From positions 38,464 through 102,463 of the forward strand of contig JARIHI010000007.1 of NCBI GenBank assembly GCA_029288365.1: a DNA stretch of 64,000 nucleotides, read 5' to 3'. Position 1 is the stretch's first letter. Every line of letters begins with the position of its first letter. Below are positions 36,142 through 45,717 of the stretch, piece by piece. The position numbers were made by a program, and so were the translations under genes. This stretch comes from Candidatus Saccharimonadota bacterium. Its GTDB lineage: Bacteria > Patescibacteriota > Saccharimonadia > Saccharimonadales > UBA4665. The notes under the pieces were generated by a model, which did not search any database, had not been told where the DNA came from, and saw only the letters and a program-made list of their open reading frames with translations.

Positions 36142-36867
36142 CTATGCGGCTACTGCGCCAACAAGCTGGAGGGCTTTTGGCACCACTATCTTGCCCAGTC
36201 CCTTAGTCAAATCTTCTTGGGTAGCGTCAGGTTCAATAAGTCGAAATTCGGGCGGTATTTCATATAGCAGCTCCAGATTGCGTTCAATATTTCTAAAGTT
36301 ATCACGTATCGTATCTTCTAGTACCGCTCTGCCAATGAGGTCTTCGCCCTCGAATTCTTCTGGCAAAACGCTCGGGTTTGCTCGAATAAATGCGTCACGA
36401 CGTCTAGCCCGTTTTTCCCATACCACCGCTTGGCGTACGCTCTTAAAAAGATTCTTAGCCACCGCCCAGCTTTCTACTCGGTAACGCATAACTTCCGGGT
36501 CAGGTACCGGTGGGGGTATAGTGACTTTATGCAGCCAATTTTCAAAAACGCGCGGTACAAGCGCTTTATTAATCGGCAATTCACGGAAAGCGTTTGCATA
36601 CGGTCCGGCAAAACCACTTTGATACCACCACCCTTGCCAATATAAGTGATGGACACTAAGGTGCATCGGCCATGTATACCCGGGGTCAATAGTATCTTTT
36701 ACGACTTGGATGAGTTCAGGTATTGCCACTAATCCTCTGTCATCAAGTGGCGTGTCGATTTTTGTTTTTTCAGGATCCGCAATAAGCCATACTTCTTGAG
36801 GTGGTAAGCCTGATTCTCCCGGTTGATCTCCTCTGTAACGAGCAAGATCAATGACTGCGGCTGTCAT
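36142..36867 (-). CDS. Hypothetical protein (241 aa)
   Basis: Long ORF with Trp/His-rich motifs (TWPMHLSVHHLYWQGWWYQSGF). No family recognised. Confidence 0.6.
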   Translation of the reverse strand: MTAAVIDLARYRGDQPGESGLPPQEVWLIADPEKTKIDTPLDDRGLVAIPELIQVVKDTIDPGYTWPMHLSVHHLYWQGWWYQSGFAGPYANAFRELPINKALVPRVFENWLHKVTIPPPVPDPEVMRYRVESWAVAKNLFKSVRQAVVWEKRARRRDAFIRANPSVLPEEFEGEDLIGRAVLEDTIRDNFRNIERNLELLYEIPPEFRLIEPDATQEDLTKGLGKIVVPKALQLVGAVAA

Positions 36868-37013
36868 GACTTGTTACCTACAAAACTAAAAACCGGCCTC
36901 TTGCAGGCCGGCGTAAGCATTAGCTTATGTGTTACAAAAATGACTGTACCAGGCGGAAGGATGGCGCAAACGCTGGCAGCAAGTCTCTCAAATACTACAG
37001 AACGTTCGCGCAT
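36864..37013 (-). CDS. Candidate 49-aa leader ORF coupled (ATGA) to the 241-aa gene
   Basis: GGGAGG-ATTG-ATG at 37013. The translation is MRERSVVFERLAASVCAILPPGTVIFVTHKLMLTPACKRPVFSFVGNKS. The stop TGA overlaps the downstream ATG. The ORF spans the terminator-like hairpin. Confidence 0.3.
   Translation of the reverse strand: MRERSVVFERLAASVCAILPPGTVIFVTHKLMLTPACKRPVFSFVGNKS
36881..36911 (-). terminator. Rho-independent terminator-like hairpin downstream of ftsK
   Basis: ccggcct-cttgc-aggccgg (36893-36911). On the minus strand it is followed by TTTTTAGTTTT. Confidence 0.55.
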
Positions 37014-37088
37014 CAATCCTCCCTATGTTTGGCGGTCTTTGTTTTAATTCTATAGTAGAACGATTGCGCTTATGCTGCAAGTCTAAAT

Positions 37089-39278
37089 TTACTGTGTTAG
37101 ATACTCGTCTCTGGGTGACTGTTCGGGTGTCGAACTACTTCCAAAGACATCATCCATGCTGCTCACAAGTACTTCTCTGGGCCGGCTGCCATCTGCTTGC
37201 CCAATAATACCCTGTTCTTCCATGGTTTCAATAAGACGCGCAGCGCGGCCATAGCCGATGCGCAATTTGCGTTGCAATAGACTAGTGCTGGCTTTGCGCG
37301 ACTCTACAACTACATGCACTGCGTCGCGGAACATATCATCATCAGCGTCAGAGCCGCCCATATCTGCAATGATCCCGCCCTTGCCGTTTAATTGCACTGG
37401 CTGGCTGACTACTTCATCGTCATATTGTGGTGCACGCTGTTCACGGATAAAGTTAGTTACTTTGCCTGTTTCACCATCTTCAATTAAAGCTGCCTGCACA
37501 CGCTTTGGTTTTGGCATTTCACTTGTCAAAAGCAACATATCACCGCGACCCAAGAGTTTTTCTGCACCGATTTGATCAATAATAGTACGTGAATCAACTT
37601 GACTTGATACGGTAAAAGCAATGCGTGCAGGCACGTTTGCCTTGATAAGTCCGGTAATAACGTCAACTGACGGACGCTGCGTTGCTAACACCAAGTGGAT
37701 GCCAGCCGCACGGGCCTTCTGGGCCAAACGTACAATCAAAGCCTCTACGTCACGAGCTGCCATCATCATAAGGTCAGCCAGCTCATCAATCACAATCACG
37801 ATGTATGGCATACCTTCTTCTTTTTTGAAATTATTGTATTCGCCAATATTGCGCTTGCCGACTTCAGCCATAGTACGCAAGCGCCGCTCCATTTCGGCTA
37901 CTGCCCACTTGAGTGCGCTGATGCATTTCTCCGGTTCATTAATTACCGGTGTTAGCAAATGTGGAATATCCTGGTACGGTGCCATTTCAACTTGTTTTGG
38001 ATCAACCAAAATCAATTTTAGGTCTGCTGGTGAATTACGGTACAAAAGGCTCGTCAAGAACGTATTAATCATAACTGACTTGCCAGAGCCAGTCTGCCCA
38101 GCTACCAAAAGGTGTGGCATTTTAGATAGATCCGCAACAATCGGCTTGCCGGCAATATCTTTACCAATCACAAATCCAAGCGGACTCTTGATCGTACCGA
38201 ACTCGTTGGACTGCAGCAGCGAGCTAACACGTACGGTAGCCGGCTTAACATTTGGTACCTCAATACCAACTGCTCGCTTCCCGGGAATCGGCGCTTCCAT
38301 ACGGATAGAGTGTGCTGCTAAATCGAGTGCTAGATTATTTTCAAGTGCCGTGATTTTTGTAAGCCTGACTCCAGTTGGCGGCTTCAGCGTATATTGCGTT
38401 ACACGTGGGCCGACATTTGCACCTTCCATCTCGACATCAATATTAAAGTTTTCAAATGTATCGTGAATAATCTGAGCGTTACCATTTACATCACCGGCGT
38501 CAGCTTTGTCTTGTTTTTGGTTCAATAAACTAATTGGAGGCAGCTGCCAGTCTGGGTCACTAGCAGTGGTAAGTGCTTCGTGATCTTCTTTAGCCGACAG
38601 CTTAGTGGCAGTATTTTTAAGAGAGCTTAAACGCTGCTGAGACTTCTCATCGTGATGCTCCACCGGTACTCCCTCGTTAAGTTTGAAGCCCGTTTCAGCG
38701 GCTTTGGCCTTTAGCTGGTTAATATCGGTGTCTTCCTCGCCCTTTTTAAATAAATCAGCAACTTTAAGGAGTACTTTTGGCGAAACACCAAAAGCATAGA
38801 AGATCGCTAATACACTGGCTATGAAGAAGATGATCGCTGCTGGAAACTTATCTAGTGCTTGCAATATAGCCGAACCCACAATGGTACCTGTCCAGCCACC
38901 GTGACCACCGTCCCAACTGCCATCCGCCTGAGCTTTGGCGAATGCCGTAAAGAAAAAACTAGCGCTAAAAATCAAAACAGCAATCATAACAAAAAGCTTA
39001 GGAAGTGGGATGCGCCGATCTTCACTTGTAAACTTGTATACGCCCCAATATACAAGAGCGATGGGCGTCATATAAGCTGCCCAACCCAGAGCCGCATAAA
39101 CACCCTTAAACATACCTACCGGCAGGTCACCTCCGGTGCCGAAGCCACCCAAAAGCAAAAAGAGTGCCACAATACATAACAAGATTGCCCCACTATATGC
39201 CCAAAAAGCTGAGCGTTCGGCGGGTGCTACGGCTTCAACTTTCTTCTTTGCGCGTGTTTGTTTTTTCTTTTTTGCCAT
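37089..39278 (-). CDS. ftsK: DNA translocase FtsK/SpoIIIE
   Basis: N-terminal TM helices, Walker A GQTGSGKSV, VIVIDELADLMM, and a C-terminal gamma winged helix (TSLLQRKLRIGYGRAARLIETMEEQGIIG). Confidence 0.9.
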   Translation of the reverse strand: MAKKKKQTRAKKKVEAVAPAERSAFWAYSGAILLCIVALFLLLGGFGTGGDLPVGMFKGVYAALGWAAYMTPIALVYWGVYKFTSEDRRIPLPKLFVMIAVLIFSASFFFTAFAKAQADGSWDGGHGGWTGTIVGSAILQALDKFPAAIIFFIASVLAIFYAFGVSPKVLLKVADLFKKGEEDTDINQLKAKAAETGFKLNEGVPVEHHDEKSQQRLSSLKNTATKLSAKEDHEALTTASDPDWQLPPISLLNQKQDKADAGDVNGNAQIIHDTFENFNIDVEMEGANVGPRVTQYTLKPPTGVRLTKITALENNLALDLAAHSIRMEAPIPGKRAVGIEVPNVKPATVRVSSLLQSNEFGTIKSPLGFVIGKDIAGKPIVADLSKMPHLLVAGQTGSGKSVMINTFLTSLLYRNSPADLKLILVDPKQVEMAPYQDIPHLLTPVINEPEKCISALKWAVAEMERRLRTMAEVGKRNIGEYNNFKKEEGMPYIVIVIDELADLMMMAARDVEALIVRLAQKARAAGIHLVLATQRPSVDVITGLIKANVPARIAFTVSSQVDSRTIIDQIGAEKLLGRGDMLLLTSEMPKPKRVQAALIEDGETGKVTNFIREQRAPQYDDEVVSQPVQLNGKGGIIADMGGSDADDDMFRDAVHVVVESRKASTSLLQRKLRIGYGRAARLIETMEEQGIIGQADGSRPREVLVSSMDDVFGSSSTPEQSPRDEYLTQ

Positions 39279-39299
39279 TACCGTATTATTTTAGCAAAT

Positions 39300-39593
39300 T
39301 TATGCCGCTAAATCACTAGGTGGACTTGGTGGTTCTCCAGTATGTCTTCCTCGCCTACGCATTACCTCGTGTTCGAGGGCCGCTTCGGCATACCCTAACA
39401 CTTCTAGGCGGTGCTCGCCATCTCGAGCTGCAGCGTCAACATGCGGCTCAATGACTTCTAAAGCACGTTCTGCTTGTTGCGCACGTTCTGCGTCTGTTTG
39501 TCCAGTAAAAAGTCTTGGATCATCATGCAGAGGACTACGGTAGTCTCTATCTTCATCCGCATGTGATGCTGATTCTAAAATCGTTGCACTCAT
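39300..39593 (-). CDS. Hypothetical acidic protein (97 aa)
   Basis: ORF immediately downstream of... upstream of ftsK on the minus strand. No family recognised. Confidence 0.5.
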   Translation of the reverse strand: MSATILESASHADEDRDYRSPLHDDPRLFTGQTDAERAQQAERALEVIEPHVDAAARDGEHRLEVLGYAEAALEHEVMRRRGRHTGEPPSPPSDLAA

Positions 39594-39701
39594 AGTAAGT
39601 GCCTTTGTTTAACAATTAGTAATTATAGCAAATATTACAATGTTTGTCAATATTGCTTATGCTTGCAACAGGGGTGAGTTTTACGTACAGTTGAGCAACA
39701 G

Positions 39702-40325
39702 ATGCACACAGTAACTAGTGAGACAGACAGAGCCAGAGGTGAAACACTTATAAACCGTGCCCACGCCCTCACAGAGTTCCGACGCAGAAGCGCACAGCCT
39801 ATCGGAAGTATAGCCGCTGGTGACGGTAATGTGGTAGCTGCTGTAGCAACAGGAGCTGTAATGGCAACGGACGGCTTTGACGGCAAATACGCCCGCGAAG
39901 GGGCTGAATTATTAGATATACCAACCTCCCCCGAAGGCGCCATAGCAGATCCTGAAGCCGATAAAGCTCTAATTGATGGAATTATGCGTGGCTTGCTCGC
40001 TCGGTTTATTCGTCAAAGAGATTACTTTTCTGCAGCTATTATGGGCGTAAACTTGGCGGCATCTCACTGGCGTGACGGCAATATGGCAGAACATAGAGCT
40101 CTCGTAGAGGAGCACGGCATTGCCCCCAGAATGCTAAAAGCAATCCCCACCAATAAAGTTAAAGCTGCCGGGCAAATGGCTGCTAGTCTGGCTGCAATAA
40201 GCAGCGACAATAAGCAAATGCGACGCAGTGCACTTTGGGTATTTTCAGCTGCAACTTTTACTGGCATAATCGGTGAGCGCCAATACCGGAGACGCGTAAG
40301 GAAACTTATTAAAAATAATACATAG
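39702..40325 (+). CDS. CDP-alcohol phosphatidyltransferase-like protein
   Basis: DGFDGKYAR-x8-..-GAIADPEADK fits D-G-x2-A-R...G-x3-D-x3-D. Fewer obvious TM helices than usual. Confidence 0.5.
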   Translation: MHTVTSETDRARGETLINRAHALTEFRRRSAQPIGSIAAGDGNVVAAVATGAVMATDGFDGKYAREGAELLDIPTSPEGAIADPEADKALIDGIMRGLLARFIRQRDYFSAAIMGVNLAASHWRDGNMAEHRALVEEHGIAPRMLKAIPTNKVKAAGQMAASLAAISSDNKQMRRSALWVFSAATFTGIIGERQYRRRVRKLIKNNT

Positions 40326-40380
40326 ATCCAAATTACTCCGACCCCGCACAGTGGAGAAGTTAGGCATTTCTCAACTTGTA

Positions 40381-42453
40381 TTAATCTGTTCGGGCATCTT
40401 GGGTAAGGAGCTTGGCGCGAAGTTCTTGGAAGCGTTTTTGTTGTTCGGCTGCAATTTCTTCGCTGGTCTTGGTGCGATTACCGTTCGTTGCTGTCTTAAC
40501 TTCGCCTTTCCCGCCGATTACATTTACAACCGGAATAACTATCGGACTACGTTGGGTATGTTCAAACAGATAATGTGTAACATGATCTTTGAGTTCGGCT
40601 TTGAACCGATCTAGATCAACCCGCTTGAAGCGCTGCCCTACTGCTCGGCGCAACTCTTGGCGCAAACCATTCATGATCTCTTCACTACCACGCATATAGA
40701 TAAACCCGCGACTGATAATATCAGGACTAGTTAGCAAGTTGCCTGTCTTTTTGTCTACCGTTAGAATTACCGCTACTAAGCCTTCTTCGGCCAGTAATAC
40801 CCGGTCTTTGACAACAATGTTATTAACGATCATACCAGTTTGGTCAACCAAAATCGTACCATGTGGAACTTCACCGATAATTTCCATTTTGTCCTGAGTC
40901 AGCGCAATAACATCCCCGTTCTCAGCATTTAGTGTATTAGCTCGTGGTATGCCTTGATTAATAGCAATGTCATTATGGCGTTTTTTAGAACGGAACGAAC
41001 CATAAATCGGAATAAAGAACTTCGGTTTTAATATATCAATAATTTCAGCGTATTCGTCGATGCTTGCATGACCTGACACATGGAGCGGCCCAATACCATC
41101 AAGTTCATGGTTACGATGCTCAAACACGTGAACGTTTTTGCGGATTAAACCATCCACCATGTCGCCGATAAGCGAATCATTGCCGCTCTCTGGAATCGGC
41201 GTGCTACTGAGCACTACGGTATCTTGTTCTTTAAGTTTAATATGGCGGTGTTCACCGCTGGCCATACGCTGCAATGCCGAACTTGGTTCGCCCTGTGAAC
41301 CAGTACACACCACTACGATGTTGTCATCCTTCATACTCGGTACGCTAGCAATTGGCACGAAGGTACCTTTTGGTACTTTCATAAATCCATGACGAATAGC
41401 CATTTCCAGCGTACTGATCATACTGCGACCATCCATAGCAACTTTCTTGTTGTGATGTACGGCAGCATTAACAAGCATTTGGACACGGTTCATATTAGTC
41501 GAGAACAAGCCGATGAAAATACGGCCTGGCGCACGGTCCATGATATCAACAAAACTTTGTTCGATAGTCGACTCTGACGGAGTACGTCCCGGACGTTCGG
41601 TGGTGGTGCTTTCAGATAACAATGCCAGCACGCCCTCATTGCCGAGTTCTTTAAGGCGATCCGTATCGCTGCGCTCATGGTCAAGCGGGTTGGGGTCTAA
41701 GCGAAAATCGCCAGTGTTTATGATACGTCCAACCGGCGTATCAAGTACCACCATAGTGCTGCCAGGGATGGAGTGCGTAATACGTACAAGTTCTACGAAA
41801 AACGCACCAATTTTTAAGCGCTCGTGAGTATTTTCGTTCATGGTCACGGTGCGCAATTCAAAACCTTCAGGCATGGGTAAGCCAAAGTTTTCAAAAATTT
41901 CTTCAACGCGCCCAATGGTAAATTTGGAACCATAAATCGGCGCAGGAAATTCTGGCACAATATGCGGTAAAGCGCCGATGTGATCAAGGTGACCATGAGT
42001 TATGATGTAGCCACGAAGCTTGTGCTTAATGCTTTGCAAGTACGACATGTCTGCGATACCGTAATTAATACCTGGCAAGTCAACACCGAGATCATTCCCT
42101 GCATCAATGATAACGGCGTCATCCATATACTCAACAAGCATGGTGTTCTTAGAGCCACCACCGTCCATACCACCAAGACCAATGATCTTAAGGCGTGGAC
42201 TCTCGTCTATAAAATTGGCACGTTTCTGGTGTTGCGCTACTAGCTCTGGGTTTGCTGCTTGATACTGATTAGCAATACGCTGGGCATCCATTTGGGTACG
42301 CTTTTGGGCGCGTACAGCGGCACCGCGTGAAATCTTATTACCGTTGCCATTACCATTAGTCCCGTTTTGTGGCTTGTCTTGGTTTCGCTGATTTTTATTG
42401 CTGTTATTAGTTCGTTTCGGTTTATCGTTTCTTTTCTGATTCGTTTGGTTCAT
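40381..42453 (-). CDS. rnj: Ribonuclease J with an Asn/Lys/Gln-rich N-terminal extension
   Basis: Metallo-beta-lactamase HGHLDHIG, a beta-CASP core, 690 aa. About the first 75 aa are low complexity. Confidence 0.9.
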   Translation of the reverse strand: MNQTNQKRNDKPKRTNNSNKNQRNQDKPQNGTNGNGNGNKISRGAAVRAQKRTQMDAQRIANQYQAANPELVAQHQKRANFIDESPRLKIIGLGGMDGGGSKNTMLVEYMDDAVIIDAGNDLGVDLPGINYGIADMSYLQSIKHKLRGYIITHGHLDHIGALPHIVPEFPAPIYGSKFTIGRVEEIFENFGLPMPEGFELRTVTMNENTHERLKIGAFFVELVRITHSIPGSTMVVLDTPVGRIINTGDFRLDPNPLDHERSDTDRLKELGNEGVLALLSESTTTERPGRTPSESTIEQSFVDIMDRAPGRIFIGLFSTNMNRVQMLVNAAVHHNKKVAMDGRSMISTLEMAIRHGFMKVPKGTFVPIASVPSMKDDNIVVVCTGSQGEPSSALQRMASGEHRHIKLKEQDTVVLSSTPIPESGNDSLIGDMVDGLIRKNVHVFEHRNHELDGIGPLHVSGHASIDEYAEIIDILKPKFFIPIYGSFRSKKRHNDIAINQGIPRANTLNAENGDVIALTQDKMEIIGEVPHGTILVDQTGMIVNNIVVKDRVLLAEEGLVAVILTVDKKTGNLLTSPDIISRGFIYMRGSEEIMNGLRQELRRAVGQRFKRVDLDRFKAELKDHVTHYLFEHTQRSPIVIPVVNVIGGKGEVKTATNGNRTKTSEEIAAEQQKRFQELRAKLLTQDARTD

Positions 42454-42484
42454 AGTCGTTTTCCTTTCTGATTCAGGTTTAATA

Positions 42485-43081
42485 TTAGTTGGTTTCTTTC
42501 TTAATTTTCTTGATAATTATTGGGATAGCACTAAAGTCTTCAATAAGCGTTTCGCGCATACTACCGTTATATAGCGCTGCTGCTGGATGGAACAAAGGTA
42601 AGATGACAAGCTTATGATCCCCAAACGCCACTCGCTTCGGTTCGCCATGGATTGCTGAAATGCGTTGGTTGGGCAAAAAGTATTCCATGCTATGCCGTCC
42701 AAGCGTTACTACGACTTTTGGTTGAATTATCTGTAGTTGTTTTACCAAATAAGGCCAAAAAGCTTTCTTTTCTTCGGGTAACGGGTCGCGGTTGTTCGGC
42801 GGACGGTATTTTACGATATTCGTTATATAAATATCCTTTCGCTCTAAGCCAATACCGGCAAGCATTTCGTCCAAAAACTTACCGGCGGCACCGACAAATG
42901 GCAGCCCTTGTAAGTCTTCATTCTTGCCAGGCGCTTCACCGATAAATACAATGTCGGCATTAGCATTGCCGTCACCCATCACAAGGTTCGTGGCCGTCTT
43001 AGCCAAATCTGGGCAGATATTCTTGTCTAAAATATCTGCCTTAATCTGATCAAGAAGTTGTTGTGTATCTTCTGTGCTCAT
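42485..43081 (-). CDS. Uracil-DNA glycosylase, family 4
   Basis: GEAPGKNEDLQGLPFVGAAGKFLDEML and HPAAALYN motifs. Confidence 0.85.
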   Translation of the reverse strand: MSTEDTQQLLDQIKADILDKNICPDLAKTATNLVMGDGNANADIVFIGEAPGKNEDLQGLPFVGAAGKFLDEMLAGIGLERKDIYITNIVKYRPPNNRDPLPEEKKAFWPYLVKQLQIIQPKVVVTLGRHSMEYFLPNQRISAIHGEPKRVAFGDHKLVILPLFHPAAALYNGSMRETLIEDFSAIPIIIKKIKKETN

Positions 43082-43086
43082 TCTCG

Positions 43087-45249
43087 TTATTTATTTAATT
43101 CGCGGGCGGCGGCTTTCATGGAAAGCTGTAATCTGCCGCGGTCATCAATAGCGACTAACTTTACGGTGACTTTATCACCTTCCTTTACTACATCGCTTGG
43201 CTTATTGACACGTTCTTCACTCATTTCGCTGACATGTACCAGACCGTCTTTGCCAGGCAGGATTTGTACAAACGCACCAAAGTCCATAACGCTTACTACC
43301 GGTACGTCGTGGTAAATTTTACCTACCTCTGGTTCTTCAACGATAGTGGCGATCCACTGCTTGGCCGCAGCAATACTTGCGCCATCCGGGCTGGCAATCA
43401 TCACTGTACCATCCTCTTTAATATCAATTTCAGCGCCGGTTTCGGCGGTAATCTTTTGGATTACTTCACCACCCTTACCAATGACTTCACGGATTTTATC
43501 CGGATTAATGGTAATGGTCTCGACACGCGGTGCATACGGGCTTAGTTCACCCTTTGGTTCAGCGATAGTTGTAATCATATGGTTAAGGATAATCTCACGA
43601 CCTTCTTTACCTTGTATGAGCGCCTCTTTAAGCGTAGCTACAGGCAAACCATGTACCTTCATGTCCATTTGCAGTGCTGTAATGCCGTTTTTGGTACCGG
43701 CAACCTTAAAGTCCATATCACCAGCAAAATCTTCGGCGTCAGCAATGTCGCTCATAATATAGGTCTTATCGCCATCAAGCATCAGACCCATGGCAATACC
43801 GCTCACCGGAGCCTTCAAAGGTACACCGGCATCCATCAGGCTCAAGCAGCTGGAACACGTCGCCGCCATAGACGTCGAACCGTTTTGGCTCATAATTTCG
43901 GTTACGGTACGGATGGTATACGGAAATTCTGCTTCGCTTGGGATTACTGGCAATAACGCACGCTCCGCTAAAGCGCTGTGACCGATTTCGCGGCGACCCG
44001 GGCTACCGAGACGGCGTACTTCACCGACTGTGTAGCCTGGCGCGTTGTAGTGGTGCATAAAGCGCTTCTCTACATCATTGCGCTCCATAGTATCAAGCAT
44101 TTGTGCATAGCTCAGTGGTGCGAGCGTGGTAATATTCAAAGCCTGAGTCATACCACGAGTAAAGATGCTGGAGCCATGCGCACGTGGCAATAAGCTAATT
44201 TCACTTGAAAGCGGACGAACTTCAGTGAGCTTACGGCCATCTGGGCGAATACCCTCTTCAACGATGCCTTTACGGACGTCTTTGTGAAGTGCCATGGTAA
44301 ATGCTTCATCATATTCTGGTTTCAGATCTTCATAAGTATCCCCGTGCTCTAATTCAAAAGCTTCATGGAATGCCTTGCGCAAATCTGCAACGAGTTCATT
44401 GCGCTCTGGATATGGCGCACGAAGCGCTTCACCGAGTTTACCTTCAACCCATTTATCTACTTTTGTCTGAATTTCTTCATTGGGCTTGACCAGTTCATAT
44501 TCAATTGACTCAACACCAACTTTTTTAACTAGTTCCTGTTGCAACGCAATGGCTGGCTGCATCGCGTCATGAGCAAACTCTAAAGCTTCGGCGATTTGGT
44601 CTTCAGACACTTCACGCGCACCGGCCTCTACCATCATAATGGCATCTTTGGTACCAGCAACTACAAGGTCTAATTCGCCTTCTTCGAGTGTTTTATGACT
44701 TGGAAATGCTACGAATTTACCATTATCGATACCAATACGAAGCCCAGCAACCGGACCATCAAACGGCGTGCCAGTGAGACTTAGTGCTGCGCTGACAGCA
44801 ATCATAGCCACCATATCAGGCCGGAACGTCGGATCCATGCTGAGCACAGTTGCTACACCTTGGATTTCTTGGCGGTAACCTTTCGGAAACAACGGACGGA
44901 TTGGGCGGTCAATCAAACGGCCAATCAGGATTGCTTCATCAGACGGGCGGCCTTCGCGCTTAATAAAACGGCTGCCGCTAATTTTGCCTGATGCATAAAA
45001 TTTTTCTTCATAGTCAATGCTTAAGGGGAAATAGTCCATGCCCTGAACACTTTGTGGTTTCACCATAGCCGTACCAAGTACGACAGTCTCACCGTAGCGT
45101 ACAATCACGCTACCGCTGGTGCGGAAGCCAACGCGGCCAACTTCAAGGCTGAGCGTTTTACCGCATAGCTCTGTTTCTACTTTTATAATGTCTTTACCGA
45201 AAGGATTTATTGTTGCCATTCGTCCTGTCTTTCTCGAGATGTCATTCAT
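43087..45249 (-). CDS. pnp: Polyribonucleotide nucleotidyltransferase (PNPase)
   Basis: Two RNase PH domains plus KH (IREVIGKGGEVIQKI) and S1 (GKIYHDVPVVSVMDFGAFVQIL). The true start may be the internal Met at 45219 (MATINPF). Confidence 0.9.
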   Translation of the reverse strand: MNDISRKTGRMATINPFGKDIIKVETELCGKTLSLEVGRVGFRTSGSVIVRYGETVVLGTAMVKPQSVQGMDYFPLSIDYEEKFYASGKISGSRFIKREGRPSDEAILIGRLIDRPIRPLFPKGYRQEIQGVATVLSMDPTFRPDMVAMIAVSAALSLTGTPFDGPVAGLRIGIDNGKFVAFPSHKTLEEGELDLVVAGTKDAIMMVEAGAREVSEDQIAEALEFAHDAMQPAIALQQELVKKVGVESIEYELVKPNEEIQTKVDKWVEGKLGEALRAPYPERNELVADLRKAFHEAFELEHGDTYEDLKPEYDEAFTMALHKDVRKGIVEEGIRPDGRKLTEVRPLSSEISLLPRAHGSSIFTRGMTQALNITTLAPLSYAQMLDTMERNDVEKRFMHHYNAPGYTVGEVRRLGSPGRREIGHSALAERALLPVIPSEAEFPYTIRTVTEIMSQNGSTSMAATCSSCLSLMDAGVPLKAPVSGIAMGLMLDGDKTYIMSDIADAEDFAGDMDFKVAGTKNGITALQMDMKVHGLPVATLKEALIQGKEGREIILNHMITTIAEPKGELSPYAPRVETITINPDKIREVIGKGGEVIQKITAETGAEIDIKEDGTVMIASPDGASIAAAKQWIATIVEEPEVGKIYHDVPVVSVMDFGAFVQILPGKDGLVHVSEMSEERVNKPSDVVKEGDKVTVKLVAIDDRGRLQLSMKAAARELNK

Positions 45250-45392
45250 GCGCTTGAGTCCAAATATAACGGCTACTCGTGCTTACTAGTTTTAGCGCGG
45301 TATATCTGTGGTCCAACGCGCGAATAGTTATCTCGTTTTAATGTGCACAAGCTGGGCACCTCGATTATTCGAGATGCTTAAGTTTATGCACG

Positions 45393-45656
45393 CTAACGGA
45401 TACCAAGTTTTTTCTTAAGATCAAGATACGCTTGACCATCTTTGTGTGCGATATATTTCAAAAAGCGTTTGCGCTTGCCCACCTGTTGTAATAGGCCTCG
45501 GCGGGCAGCAAAGTCTTTTTTATTCACCTTTAGGTGCTCGGTTAATTCTTTGATACGCTCAGTCGCTACGGCAACTTGCGTTGCAGCAGAACCAGTATCG
45601 TTCTTATGAAGCTGAGTATTCTTGATAGCAGCTTGCTTTTTCTCGCTAGAGATCAT
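45393..45656 (-). CDS. rpsO: 30S ribosomal protein S15
   Basis: TGSAATQVAVATERIKELTEHLKVNKKDFAARRGLL. 87 aa, upstream of pnp as in most bacteria. Confidence 0.9.
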   Translation of the reverse strand: MISSEKKQAAIKNTQLHKNDTGSAATQVAVATERIKELTEHLKVNKKDFAARRGLLQQVGKRKRFLKYIAHKDGQAYLDLKKKLGIR

Positions 45657-45717
45657 CCACTTCCTTTACGTTAAATTAGAGATTTCTGATGGCGTTACCC
45701 ACTATTCTAGCATACCT

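Noticed and set aside
37621-38466. 281-aa plus-strand ORF
   Set aside because: It lies entirely antisense to the highly conserved FtsK motor domain and has a low-complexity Ser/Ala/Ile composition. It is an antisense artefact.
39647-39943. 98-aa minus-strand ORF
   Set aside because: It is antisense to the CDP-alcohol phosphatidyltransferase-like gene, which carries a recognisable motif. This ORF has no SD and no recognisable features.
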